This document shows, in pieces, positions 1 through 8,812 of a stretch of DNA of 32,000 nucleotides. Within the stretch, counting starts at the first letter, position 1. Every line of letters begins with the position of its first letter. Where the stretch lies: the NCBI GenBank assembly GCA_022508565.1, contig JAFLUY010000002.1, positions 1 to 32,000 on the forward strand. The letters are read 5' to 3'. The notes under the pieces are model-generated. The model did not search any database. It had not been told where the DNA came from and was given only the letters and a program-made list of their open reading frames with translations. Source of the stretch: Erysipelotrichales bacterium. GTDB lineage: Bacteria > Bacillota_I > Bacilli_A > RF39 > UBA660. A program made the translations under genes and the position numbers.

Positions 1-872
1 AATGAAATAAAAGAACAAATTATTAATAATGAAATAACAAAAAGAGTAAAAGATTATAGTAAGAATAGAAGTGATTTAAATACTTATTATAATGTTGGTA
101 AATTACTTTTTGAGGCTGGTAGACATTATGGCGAAGGAATAATAAAGGAATATTCAATAAAGTTAACTAAAGAGTTTGGTAAAGGCTATTCTCCTACAAG
201 ACTTAAATAAATTAGACGATTTTACTTAGTTAGTACAAAATGTCCATCAGTGACGGACGTTTTAACTTATACACATTATTGCGAATTAATATGGTTTGAT
301 GATTATAACAAAATGAATTATTACATAAAAATTAGTGTAGAACAAAATCTATCAGTCAGGGAGTTAAGAAATAGAATTAAAAATAATGAATATGAAAGAT
401 TAGATGAAAAAACTAAATTAAAGTTAATAAAACATGAAGAATCAAAGATAGAAGATTTAATTAAAAATCCAATAATTATAAAAAAAAATAATAATTATGA
501 AATTATATCAGAAAAATATTACAAAAGTTAATCATTTAAGATATAGAAAACTTTATGAAAGAATTAGGAGATTCGTTCTGTTTTATAAGCAGTGAATATA
601 AAATTAAACTTGGAGATAGATATAACTTTATAGATTTACTTTTATATAATATTGACTTTAATTGTTATGTAGTAATTGAATTAAAAGTAACTGAATTAAA
701 AAAAGAACATATTGGTCAAATACAAATCTATATGAATTATATAGATAATAACTTAAAGAAAAATAATCAAGATAAAACAATAGGTATTATTATTTGTAAG
801 AAAGATAATTAATACATCATGGAATACTGTAGTGACGAAAGAATAATATCTAAAGAATATAGATTATTATGA
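1..872 (+). pseudogene. Decayed YhcG/DUF1016-family PDDEXK nuclease gene (5' end outside window)
   Basis: Frame 1 reads ...YYNVGKLLFEAGRHYGEGIIKEYSIKLTKEFGKGYSPTRLK, then an in-frame TAA at 208-210. The same frame continues IRRFYLVS..LTYTHYCELI..LSVRELRNRI. The homology track moves to frame 3 near the A5 run at 512-516. Frame 3 has TAA at 537-539, then FMKELGDSFCFISSEYKIKLGDRYNFIDLLLYNIDFNCYVVIELKV..IGIIICKKDN (DUF1016 C-terminal nuclease core pattern). A further TAA lies at 810-812, then YIMEYCSDERIISKEYRLL runs to TGA at 870-872. ORF-track pieces 250-531 and 555-812 are fragments of this one gene. Confidence 0.7.
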
Positions 873-940
873 AAAAGTAACATTTTTTAGTAATCAACCA
901 TAAAATATATTGTACGTTATATAACGTTTTATATAGATTT

Positions 941-967
941 GGAAGCTTCGTGCTTCCTTTTTTTTTA
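941..967 (+). terminator. Rho-independent terminator
   Basis: GGAAGC-ttcgt-GCTTCC hairpin followed by a T9 run. Confidence 0.7.
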
Positions 968-995
968 TCTAAACTTAAAACCTTATTAATTATCA

Positions 996-1024
996 TTGAC
1001 ATGAATATATAAGTATTATAAAAT
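996..1024 (+). promoter_or_regulatory. Sigma-A type promoter for the 1047 gene
   Basis: TTGACA (996-1001), 17-nt spacer, TAAAAT (1019-1024). RBS AAGAGGGG lies just upstream of ATG 1047. Confidence 0.55.
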
Positions 1025-1046
1025 AGCCAACAAAAAGAGGGGCTAT

Positions 1047-1751
1047 ATGAGTAGATTAACAGAAGAACAAAAATTTATATTTAAAGCAAAACTAATTGAT
1101 TTCTTGGAAGAATATTTTTATCTTTATTCGGAGGAAGAAAAGTACATGATTAATTCTTACTTCTTAGGACGCGCTTTTGAAGATAATAAACCAATTGATA
1201 TTATGGATGAAATATATCAAGAAATTGGTGTATATGATGCTGTAACAGATAATATTTATTCAGACTTTTACAATGTAATGACTAGTTATTTGAGTATTAA
1301 TCAAAGATTATTAGAAGTTGGATGTGGAATATTACCATCATTTGCCAAAATGATGGTAAAAAAACAAAGATGTGGCTCATTAATTGTAATAGATCCAAAT
1401 GTTAGACTTGAGCGTGCTTATGGCTTTGCAATGTTAAGAAGAGAATTTAATCAAGATTTTGATATTACGGATATTGATTTGCTTTATGGAATCCAAACAT
1501 GTGGCGCAACATTAGATATGATAAAACTAGCTAATGCCAAAAATAAAGATTTATGTTTACTACCATGTGCATGTAAACATTTTCCATATGATGAAGCAGG
1601 AAAGTATAAAAATGCAACTCTTGAAGATTGGTATGCATACTTAGAAAATTTAATTGAATCTACATTGCCAGAAGATAGAGAATTCATTAAAGAAACTGCT
1701 CCAAGCATTAATTACCCAATATATATAACAAGAAAATTAACAAATAAATAA
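1047..1751 (+). CDS. Hypothetical protein, possible Rossmann-fold/SAM-dependent methyltransferase-like
   Basis: 234-aa ORF with a good RBS. LLEVGCGILPSF followed by LIVIDPN resembles class I methyltransferase motif I and the acidic end of strand 2. No other family recognised. Confidence 0.6.
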   Translation: MSRLTEEQKFIFKAKLIDFLEEYFYLYSEEEKYMINSYFLGRAFEDNKPIDIMDEIYQEIGVYDAVTDNIYSDFYNVMTSYLSINQRLLEVGCGILPSFAKMMVKKQRCGSLIVIDPNVRLERAYGFAMLRREFNQDFDITDIDLLYGIQTCGATLDMIKLANAKNKDLCLLPCACKHFPYDEAGKYKNATLEDWYAYLENLIESTLPEDREFIKETAPSINYPIYITRKLTNK

Positions 1752-1757
1752 AATAAG

Positions 1758-1786
1758 TTGATTTTTTATAATCATTAGTATATAAT
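1758..1786 (+). promoter_or_regulatory. rpsO promoter
   Basis: TTGATT (1758-1763), 17-nt spacer, consensus TATAAT (1781-1786). It leaves a leader of about 80 nt before the AGGAGG RBS, which could be a possible S15 autoregulatory leader. Confidence 0.6.
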
Positions 1787-1872
1787 TAACTAGAAAGTTT
1801 TTACTTGGTTTGGAAAATCTCCGATTTCTTACTAGGTTTAAACATAAAAAATATAAATAGGAGGAATAAATC

Positions 1873-2142
1873 ATGTCTGTAACTAAAGAAAGAAAAGCTG
1901 AATTAGTTAAAGAATTTGGTAAGAGTGAAAAAGACACTGGTGCTACTGAAGTACAAATTGCTATTCTTACAGAAGAGATTAGAGATTTAACTGAGCACTT
2001 AAAAATTCATATTCACGATTATCATTCAAAAAGAGGATTAATGATGAAAGTTGGTAAGAGACGTAGTTTACTTGATTATTTAAAGAATAACGATGTTAAT
2101 TCTTATCGTACATTAATCGAAAAATTAAATATTAGAAAGTAG
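1873..2142 (+). CDS. rpsO: 30S ribosomal protein S15
   Basis: 89 aa. [50 protein letters not shown] is a canonical S15 sequence. Conserved rpsO-pnp synteny. Confidence 0.97.
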   Translation: MSVTKERKAELVKEFGKSEKDTGATEVQIAILTEEIRDLTEHLKIHIHDYHSKRGLMMKVGKRRSLLDYLKNNDVNSYRTLIEKLNIRK

Positions 2143-2167
2143 GCACTATTTTTATAGTGTTTTTTTC
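2143..2167 (+). terminator. rpsO terminator/attenuator hairpin upstream of pnp
   Basis: GCACTAT-tttt-ATAGTGT stem-loop followed by a T7 run, immediately after the rpsO stop. Confidence 0.7.
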
Positions 2168-2212
2168 TTTATAAAATGTTAGAATATTAATAGATAAGCG
2201 AGGAAGTATAGT

Positions 2213-4393
2213 ATGGAAAAGAAAGTGTTTGAAAGAGATTTTAGAGGAAGAAAATTAATTGTTGAACATGGTGAAGTTGCAAAACAAGCACATGGCGCTG
2301 TTGTTGTAAGATATGGAGATACAGTAGTTTTATCAACAGTTGTTGTTGGTAATAATGCAAATATATTAAGTGATTTCTTTCCTTTAATGGTTTTATATCA
2401 AGAAAAATTATATTCTGTAGGTAAAATACCTGGAGGATTTATTAAAAGAGAGGGACGTCCTACTGATGCAGCAACACTAGCCGCACGTATGATTGATAGA
2501 CCTATGCGTCCAATGTTCCCTGAAGATTTTAGAAATGAAGTACAAATTGTTAATACAGTTTTATCAGTAGATACTGATAATTCACCTGAACTAGCAGCAA
2601 TGTTTGGCTCATCTCTATGTACAAGTATTTCAAAAATACCATTTGATGGACCTATTGCTGGAGTTAAAGTTGGTCGTATAAATGGAGAATTTATAATTAA
2701 CCCGACACCAGCTGAATTAGAAATTTCTGATATTGATTTAACTGTAGCTGGTACTAAACAAGCTATCAATATGGTTGAAGCAGGAAGTAAAGAAGTATCT
2801 GAAGAAGATATGTTAGAAGCTTTAATGTTCGGTCACGAAGCAGTTAAAGAATTATGTGAATTCCAAGAAGAAATCATGGATGAAATAGGCGAAGATAAAA
2901 TGGAATATGAGCGCCTAGAGATTGAAGATGATTTAAGAAGTGCTGTTTATGATTTAGCAGCTGATGGCTTAAATAAAGCATTACGTATAAAAGAAAAAAT
3001 GGAAATGTATGCTGCAGTTGATGAAGTTAAAGAAATGGTTATCAACAAATATACAGAAGAAAACGCAGACTTAGATAAAGATGAATTAGAAGTTTTAACA
3101 ACTAAAATTAAACTTATCTTAGAATCCATTGAATATGATATTTTCCGTTCAATTACTGTTGATGAAAAAACAAGAAGTGATGGAAGAAAGATGGATGAAA
3201 TAAGACCACTTTCAACTGCTATTGATTTACTTCCAAGGACTCACGGGTCAGCATTATTTACAAGAGGAGAAACTCAAGCCTTAGCTGTAACTACTTTAGG
3301 TGCCTTAAACGAATATCAAGTATTAGATGGATTAAGCTTAGAAGCTGAAAAACATTTCATGCTACATTATAACTTCCCAGCATTCTCAGTTGGTGAAACA
3401 GGAAGATATGGTTCTCCTGGAAGAAGAGAAATCGGTCATGGGGCATTAGGTGAAAGATGTTTAAAACAAGTAATGCCAAGTGAAGAAGAGTTCCCTTATA
3501 CAGTTCGTGTAGTATCAGAAATCTTAGAATCAAATGGTTCATCATCTCAAGCAACTATTTGTGCAGGATGTATGAGTCTTATGGCAGCAGGTGTTCCAAT
3601 TAAAGCGCCAGTTGCAGGTATTGCAATGGGACTTATTACAAGTAAAGATGAATCATCTTATACAATTCTTACAGATATCCAAGGTATGGAAGATCACTTA
3701 GGTGATATGGACTTCAAAGTTGGAGGAACAAGAGAAGGTATTTGTTCACTACAAATGGATATCAAGATTAAAGGAATAACAAAAGAAATATTAAAAGAAG
3801 CTTTAGCTCAAGCTAAAAAAGCTCGTTTAGAAATATTAGATGTAATGGAAGCTCAAATTGCTAAACCTCGCGAAGAAGTTTCTGAGTATGCTCCTAAAAC
3901 ATCAATATTTAAAATTAATCCAGATAAGATTAAAGAAGTTATCGGTAAAGGTGGAGAAACTATTACAAAAATTATTCTTGAATGTTCCAATGTTAAAACA
4001 GTTCAAGATATCAATGCTGTAAAAGTTGATCTTGCAGATGATGGTACAGTTACTATTTACCATACTAATAAAGAAATAATTACTAAGACTGAAGAGATGA
4101 TTAAAGATATTGCTCGTGAAGTTGAAGACGGAGTTAAATATACTGGTAAAGTAGTTAAAGTTGAAGACTTTGGATGCTTCGTACAATTATGGCCTGGTTG
4201 TGAAGGGCTAGTACATGTTTCTCAATTAGCTCACGAAAGAGTAGATAAACCAAGTGATGTAGTTAAAGTTGGAGATGAAATAATTGTTGTAAGCCAAGGA
4301 TATGATAATCGTGGTAGATTAAATCTATCTCGTAAAGATGCATTACCAAAACCAAAGAAAAAAGAAGAAAAGGAAGAAGAAATTAATGAATAA
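2213..4393 (+). CDS. pnp: Polyribonucleotide nucleotidyltransferase (PNPase)
   Basis: 726 aa. Two RNase PH-like cores ([37 protein letters not shown]), a KH motif ([12 protein letters not shown]) and an S1 domain ([15 protein letters not shown]). Confidence 0.97.
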   Translation: MEKKVFERDFRGRKLIVEHGEVAKQAHGAVVVRYGDTVVLSTVVVGNNANILSDFFPLMVLYQEKLYSVGKIPGGFIKREGRPTDAATLAARMIDRPMRPMFPEDFRNEVQIVNTVLSVDTDNSPELAAMFGSSLCTSISKIPFDGPIAGVKVGRINGEFIINPTPAELEISDIDLTVAGTKQAINMVEAGSKEVSEEDMLEALMFGHEAVKELCEFQEEIMDEIGEDKMEYERLEIEDDLRSAVYDLAADGLNKALRIKEKMEMYAAVDEVKEMVINKYTEENADLDKDELEVLTTKIKLILESIEYDIFRSITVDEKTRSDGRKMDEIRPLSTAIDLLPRTHGSALFTRGETQALAVTTLGALNEYQVLDGLSLEAEKHFMLHYNFPAFSVGETGRYGSPGRREIGHGALGERCLKQVMPSEEEFPYTVRVVSEILESNGSSSQATICAGCMSLMAAGVPIKAPVAGIAMGLITSKDESSYTILTDIQGMEDHLGDMDFKVGGTREGICSLQMDIKIKGITKEILKEALAQAKKARLEILDVMEAQIAKPREEVSEYAPKTSIFKINPDKIKEVIGKGGETITKIILECSNVKTVQDINAVKVDLADDGTVTIYHTNKEIITKTEEMIKDIAREVEDGVKYTGKVVKVEDFGCFVQLWPGCEGLVHVSQLAHERVDKPSDVVKVGDEIIVVSQGYDNRGRLNLSRKDALPKPKKKEEKEEEINE

Positions 4394-4616
4394 GCCAATA
4401 AAAGGACAAAAATATAGACATTTTAAAGGCAACATTATTACAATCATCGAAGTAGGTAAACATACTGAAACATTAGAAGAAGTTGTTATCTATGAACATG
4501 ATGGCGAAATTTGGGTTAGACCTATGAAAATGTTCTTATCAGAAGTTGATCATGAAAAGTATCCTGAGGTAGAACAAACATACAGATTTGAACTAATTGA
4601 AGATGAAACTGAGTAG
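4386..4616 (+). CDS. DUF1653-family small protein
   Basis: [33 protein letters not shown] matches the DUF1653 pattern (YRHFKG ... W.RP...F). ATG 4386 overlaps the pnp stop (ATGAATAA). The ORF-track start at 4338 lies inside pnp and encodes only K/R-rich junk. Confidence 0.75.
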   Translation: MNKPIKGQKYRHFKGNIITIIEVGKHTETLEEVVIYEHDGEIWVRPMKMFLSEVDHEKYPEVEQTYRFELIEDETE

Positions 4617-4630
4617 TTTCATCTTTTTTT
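4602..4630 (+). terminator. Rho-independent terminator
   Basis: Perfect 9-bp stem GATGAAACT-gagt-AGTTTCATC followed by T7. The stem overlaps the stop codon of the DUF1653 gene. Confidence 0.8.
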
Positions 4631-4732
4631 GTAAAGTAGTTGTAACCACATAAAAATTGTAGAATATTTTGTAAAATTATGTTATATTAATAATAGAAAA
4701 AGGTAAAATAAAAATAGAGGAGTGATTTTTTA

Positions 4733-5749
4733 ATGAAAAAATTAATGACAATTTTGGCAGCACTTTCATTATTTGTTCCTTTTGCAAATGTTTTTGCAGC
4801 GATACAAATTACTGACTGTGCAGCAAGTCAATCATGCTTTGTATATACACCAGGAATGGAAGTAAATTTTTATAGAAGTAAGGCAGAAGCTGATTTAAAC
4901 AGCACAAATGCCGGAATTAGTACTGTTATTTTAGAAGATGGAGGAAAAGGAGAACAATACGTTAAAACTTTAGTTGTTGGTAGCCCTTATAGTTCTAGTG
5001 TAAATTATTTTGAAGACGGGGATACTGAACCTTATGAAATGGCTAAAAAAGAACATTTAAGTAATTTAAATAAAAGTCAAAATGGAGATTATTATTGGGA
5101 ATCTGCTAGACAAGATGCAGACGGAAATATTGATTTAGATTATATTTCATTAGATGAATTAATAAATGTTTTTGGTGCAACTAAAAATGAAGACGGAACT
5201 TATTCAATTGATGCAGCTAAATATGGTGATGTATTTGGAATATCTGTTGTTGCTTTAGATGCTGAGGACAGAGAAGCTATTGAAGCAGAATTAGCAGATA
5301 AAGGGATTACTTATGACCTTCAATTAAAAGCAAATAAAGGTTTCTATACTTCTACATATGATAAAGATACTAATAAAGTATGGGTTGTTGCATATGCTTT
5401 AGATAAAGATTTTCATATAACTGATATCACAGTTAAAGAAGAAAATATGAATAATAATGACTATGCTTATATACCAGTAGTGTATTTTGATAAAACTTAT
5501 GACTGTACATCAAGAGTAGCAGAAGATGTAATGGCATGTTATTCATGTGATGAAGATTATAGATGGATGAAAGTTGGATCACAAGCTGAAACTTGTACTT
5601 TAGTTGAAAATATTACTAGTCAAGGATCATGTGTTAAAGCTGTAAAAACTGGAGTAGAAAATTATATACTTGAATTTGTAGGTATTGCTCTAGTATGTGG
5701 TGTAGCATTAGCAATTGCTAAGAAAAAAGATTTATTTAGAACAATCTAA
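4733..5749 (+). CDS. Secreted/cell-surface protein with N-terminal signal peptide and C-terminal sorting-signal-like anchor
   Basis: MKKLMTILAALSLFVPFANVFA is a signal peptide. The C-terminus has the sortase-substrate architecture: VKTG, then hydrophobic ILEFVGIALVCGVALAIA, then KKKD. A Cys-rich stretch precedes it. RBS AGAGGAG. Own terminator. Confidence 0.8.
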   Translation: MKKLMTILAALSLFVPFANVFAAIQITDCAASQSCFVYTPGMEVNFYRSKAEADLNSTNAGISTVILEDGGKGEQYVKTLVVGSPYSSSVNYFEDGDTEPYEMAKKEHLSNLNKSQNGDYYWESARQDADGNIDLDYISLDELINVFGATKNEDGTYSIDAAKYGDVFGISVVALDAEDREAIEAELADKGITYDLQLKANKGFYTSTYDKDTNKVWVVAYALDKDFHITDITVKEENMNNNDYAYIPVVYFDKTYDCTSRVAEDVMACYSCDEDYRWMKVGSQAETCTLVENITSQGSCVKAVKTGVENYILEFVGIALVCGVALAIAKKKDLFRTI

Positions 5750-5751
5750 TT

Positions 5752-5778
5752 AGAACTTCGTAAAGAAGTTCTTTTTTT
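5752..5778 (+). terminator. Rho-independent terminator
   Basis: AGAACTTC-gtaaa-GAAGTTCT followed by T6. Confidence 0.8.
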
Positions 5779-5815
5779 GTATATAAGTTACTAATTTGAA
5801 TAATAATATAATAAG

Positions 5816-5824
5816 TGGTATAAT
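5816..5824 (+). promoter_or_regulatory. Extended -10 promoter element for the 5853 gene
   Basis: TGGTATAAT (TGnTATAAT) about 30 nt upstream of ATG 5853. Confidence 0.5.
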
Positions 5825-5852
5825 TAACTATGTGAAGAATAGAGGTTAATAA

Positions 5853-6590
5853 ATGATATTTAAATATAGAAAAGAATTAATTATTATATGTACTTCTGTT
5901 TTTGTGTGCATATTATTATTTGCTTGTATAAGATTTTTATATTTTAAAAATGTTAAAGTTGATGCACCTTTTGATAATGTTATGAAGTATTATAATGAAG
6001 AAGAAAATGTACCTAAATATAAGGTAGCAACAGTTAAAAAAGTTAATACAACAACAACTTCAATAATAACAACTTTATCTAATATTGAAGAAGAGGAAAC
6101 TGTTGAAGAAGTAGTAGATGAAACTACTAAAATTCCATATGAAGTTGCACCAACATTTGAAGATGACGGTTCAATTATATATGATGGTATGACTTTAACT
6201 GAACTTACGAATAAGCTAAATAGATCACTAAATGGATATTTAACAAATACAGGTTATTTCTTTGCTAAAAATACAAAAGATACAGGAATGGATCCATACT
6301 TGAGCGTTTCAATTGTTTTATTAGAAACAGGATGCAAGTGGACATGTTCATCTTTAACTACTAAATGTAATAATATAGGTGGTTTAAAAGGTGGGTCATC
6401 TTGTAATGGAGGCTCATATAGCAAATATGATACTTTAGATGAAGGAATTGCTGGATATCTAGGAATAATCTATAACAATTATTATCTAAAGGGTATGGAT
6501 ACAGCTGAAAAAATGGCTAGTACTTATGCAGCAAGTCCAGTATGGGCAAGCAAAGTAAATAATTATATTAATGAAGTTAAAAATGCTTAA
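5853..6590 (+). CDS. Membrane-anchored glucosaminidase-domain (peptidoglycan hydrolase-like) protein
   Basis: N-terminal TM helix (LIIICTSVFVCILLFACI). The C-terminal region LLETGCKW..NNIGGLKGG..YSKYDTLDEGIAGYLGIIYNNYY resembles the mannosyl-glycoprotein endo-beta-N-acetylglucosaminidase fold signature (E..G......N.fGiK...f.s..eg...y). Recognition is by motif only. Confidence 0.65.
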   Translation: MIFKYRKELIIICTSVFVCILLFACIRFLYFKNVKVDAPFDNVMKYYNEEENVPKYKVATVKKVNTTTTSIITTLSNIEEEETVEEVVDETTKIPYEVAPTFEDDGSIIYDGMTLTELTNKLNRSLNGYLTNTGYFFAKNTKDTGMDPYLSVSIVLLETGCKWTCSSLTTKCNNIGGLKGGSSCNGGSYSKYDTLDEGIAGYLGIIYNNYYLKGMDTAEKMASTYAASPVWASKVNNYINEVKNA

Positions 6591-6601
6591 TGCATTTTTT
6601 T
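6579..6601 (+). terminator. Weak AT-rich terminator
   Basis: AAAAATGC-ttaat-GCATTTTT followed by a T-rich tract. The stem is AT-rich, so this call is uncertain. Confidence 0.4.
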
Positions 6602-6609
6602 CTTTTGTG

Positions 6610-6618
6610 TGTTATAAT
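6610..6618 (+). promoter_or_regulatory. Extended -10 promoter element for the 6639 gene
   Basis: TGTTATAAT (TGnTATAAT). Confidence 0.5.
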
Positions 6619-6638
6619 TTTTATAGTAGGTGATGACA

Positions 6639-7373
6639 ATGACAGGTATATATGATAATCGCTTAGGTTTTCACGAACTCCCATTTTATGAAATAGAAGG
6701 ATTATGTGAAGAACTAGTTAGAACAGCCACATCTAAAAGTGAGAAATATAAAGAAATATTTGAAGAGTATAAAAGAAATATGTCAAGATTTTCTCCTGCT
6801 TTTGAATTTTGTATTCATGAACTAGGATGGATGTTATATGATCCGTTCTCTCTTGGAACTGATGAAGTATTATTTTCTAATGGAAAAAGATGCTTTGTTG
6901 CATCAGTTGACTATGTAAAAAAAGAAGGTTTTGATAGACATTCAATTACTAATGATACAGCTGGTTATCCAAGACTATATGACGATGTCATTGGTTATGA
7001 TCCATATATGTCAGTAGATAATATAAATGAAGGAATAGTTGATGAAAAAGGTTTTGTTTCATCAACATTCACTGATTCTATAGATATATTAGCAGAAATA
7101 GAAGTAATGTTTGATAATATTAGTGATAAAAAAGCTTATAAAGATTATCAAAAGAACAAATATGTTTATGACTCAAAGTTAGAGTATTTGACCAGTAAGA
7201 AAAATGTCATGTCTGCTAAAAAGTTAGAAGATGGAAGTGTTAGTTTAAACTTTGTTTCTGAAAATGATGGTATAGTTCAAGAATTTGTTGATTTCTTAGA
7301 ATCAGAAGGTAAACTTGCTAGCTATATACCTGTAGTTGGAAGCGAAAAAACAGATATAATGAAAGTTGCTTAA
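6639..7373 (+). CDS. Hypothetical cytoplasmic protein (no recognisable family)
   Basis: Long ORF with normal codon usage. AGGTGA RBS at 6628-6633 favours ATG 6639 over the GTG 6630 or ATG 6633 of the ORF track. Own promoter and terminator. Confidence 0.7.
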   Translation: MTGIYDNRLGFHELPFYEIEGLCEELVRTATSKSEKYKEIFEEYKRNMSRFSPAFEFCIHELGWMLYDPFSLGTDEVLFSNGKRCFVASVDYVKKEGFDRHSITNDTAGYPRLYDDVIGYDPYMSVDNINEGIVDEKGFVSSTFTDSIDILAEIEVMFDNISDKKAYKDYQKNKYVYDSKLEYLTSKKNVMSAKKLEDGSVSLNFVSENDGIVQEFVDFLESEGKLASYIPVVGSEKTDIMKVA

Positions 7374-7401
7374 GATTAGTTTTAAAAACTAATCTTTTTT
7401 G
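7373..7401 (+). terminator. Rho-independent terminator
   Basis: AGATTAGTTT-taa-AAACTAATCT palindromic hairpin followed by T6. Confidence 0.75.
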
Positions 7402-7408
7402 TTATAAT
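7400..7408 (+). promoter_or_regulatory. Extended -10 promoter element for the radical SAM operon
   Basis: TGTTATAAT directly after the terminator T-run. RBS AAGAGGAG lies upstream of ATG 7432. Confidence 0.5.
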
Positions 7409-7431
7409 TTTTTTTAAGAGGAGATTACTTT

Positions 7432-8262
7432 ATGGTTGTAAAAGAAATAGAAACAAAAAGTTATATAACTAAATCTAATTTACCGGTAAGTGATTATGTA
7501 ATTAATCCTTATGTCGGATGTCCTCATGGTTGCAAATACTGTTATGCATCATTCATGAAAAGATTTACAAATCATCCAGAACCTTGGGGAGAGTTCATTG
7601 ATGTAAAAAGATGTTCATCACCGCTTAACTTGAATCTTATTAGTAAGAGAAATGTTTTTTTATCATCAGTAACTGATTGCTATAATGAGTTTGAACGTAA
7701 ATACGAATTAACAAGATCTATTTTAAAAGAGTTAGTTAATTCAGATTGTAACTTAAGTATCGCTACTAAATCTAGTCTTATCTTAAGAGATTTAGATTTA
7801 CTTAAACAAATAAAGAATCTAGAAGTTAGTATTTCAATTAATACAATTGACGAGAATTTTAAAAATGACATGGATAATGCGAGTCCAATTAAAGATAGAC
7901 TTAATGCTTTAAAAGTCTTACATAAAAATGGTATTAAAACAATTCTCTTTATGTCTCCAATATTTCCCTATATAACAGATTTTAAAGCTATTATTGAAGC
8001 ATCAAAAAATTTTGTTGATTTATATTGGTTTGAAAATCTTAATTTAAGAGGGGCTTATAAAAAAGATATACTAGATTATATAAAAGATAAGTATCCAGAA
8101 TATTATCAAGGATACATTGATATTTACTCAAAAAACGATAATACTTACTGGGTTAATCTAGCAAGAGAAATAGATGATTATTGTATTTCTAATAATATCA
8201 ATTATCATAACTATTTTTATCATAAAAAACTAGTTGAAGAAAAGAAGAGGAATAAGTCATGA
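7432..8262 (+). CDS. Radical SAM protein, SplB/DNA-photolyase-like (COG1533-type)
   Basis: NPYVGCPHGCKYCYASF is the CxxxCxxC radical-SAM cluster motif in the context typical of the SPL-lyase-like family. Size about 276 aa. Confidence 0.8.
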   Translation: MVVKEIETKSYITKSNLPVSDYVINPYVGCPHGCKYCYASFMKRFTNHPEPWGEFIDVKRCSSPLNLNLISKRNVFLSSVTDCYNEFERKYELTRSILKELVNSDCNLSIATKSSLILRDLDLLKQIKNLEVSISINTIDENFKNDMDNASPIKDRLNALKVLHKNGIKTILFMSPIFPYITDFKAIIEASKNFVDLYWFENLNLRGAYKKDILDYIKDKYPEYYQGYIDIYSKNDNTYWVNLAREIDDYCISNNINYHNYFYHKKLVEEKKRNKS

Positions 8263-8783
8263 AAATATATTTAGTAAGACATGGAGAGGCAACTTCCAAT
8301 CTTGAGCATGTTTATAATAGGGTTGATGATGAATTAACTGAGTTAGGAATAAAACAAGCAGAAACTCTTGCCAACCTAGTTAATGCTATTGATTATGATG
8401 TAGTAATTTCTTCTCCACTAACAAGATGTATACAAACTACAAATATTATAAATACGCATAACAAAGAAGTAATACTAGATTCCAATTTAAAAGAAAGAGA
8501 TGCCGGCAATCTAATTGGAACACCACTAGAAAACTCGAATCGTGAAGAATATTGGAACTATAATACGACACTTGTACAAGGAGAGTATGAAGATATTAAA
8601 GATTTCTTTAAAAGAATAAGTAATTTCTTAGATGAATTAAAGAAAAAAGATTATAAATCGGTCTTAATTGTTTCTCACAGTGGGGTATCCAAAGCTATTA
8701 ATGCATATTTTAATGGCATAGGTGATGGTTATTTTTTAAATAAAGGGCTTTCTAATTGTGAAATAAAAGAATATGATTTATAA
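8259..8783 (+). CDS. Histidine phosphatase family protein (phosphoglycerate mutase-like)
   Basis: IYLVRHGEATSN (RHG catalytic motif), SSPLTRCIQT and a later SHSG motif. The start overlaps the upstream stop by 4 nt (ATGA). Confidence 0.85.
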   Translation: MKIYLVRHGEATSNLEHVYNRVDDELTELGIKQAETLANLVNAIDYDVVISSPLTRCIQTTNIINTHNKEVILDSNLKERDAGNLIGTPLENSNREEYWNYNTTLVQGEYEDIKDFFKRISNFLDELKKKDYKSVLIVSHSGVSKAINAYFNGIGDGYFLNKGLSNCEIKEYDL

Positions 8784-8812
8784 TACAAAGTAAGTAGGTG
8801 AGTAGTGGGTAT

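Noticed and set aside
1484-4186. Minus-strand ORFs 1484-1708, 1737-1937, 2398-2769, 2947-3129, 3357-3554 and 3902-4186
   Set aside because: They are antisense to the 1047 gene, rpsO and pnp. They have no RBS and no motifs, so they are shadow ORFs.
4338-4385. Upstream extension of the DUF1653 ORF ([16 protein letters not shown]...)
   Set aside because: It lies within the pnp 3' end and only mirrors its K/E-rich tail in another frame. ATG 4386 gives the family-typical N-terminus.
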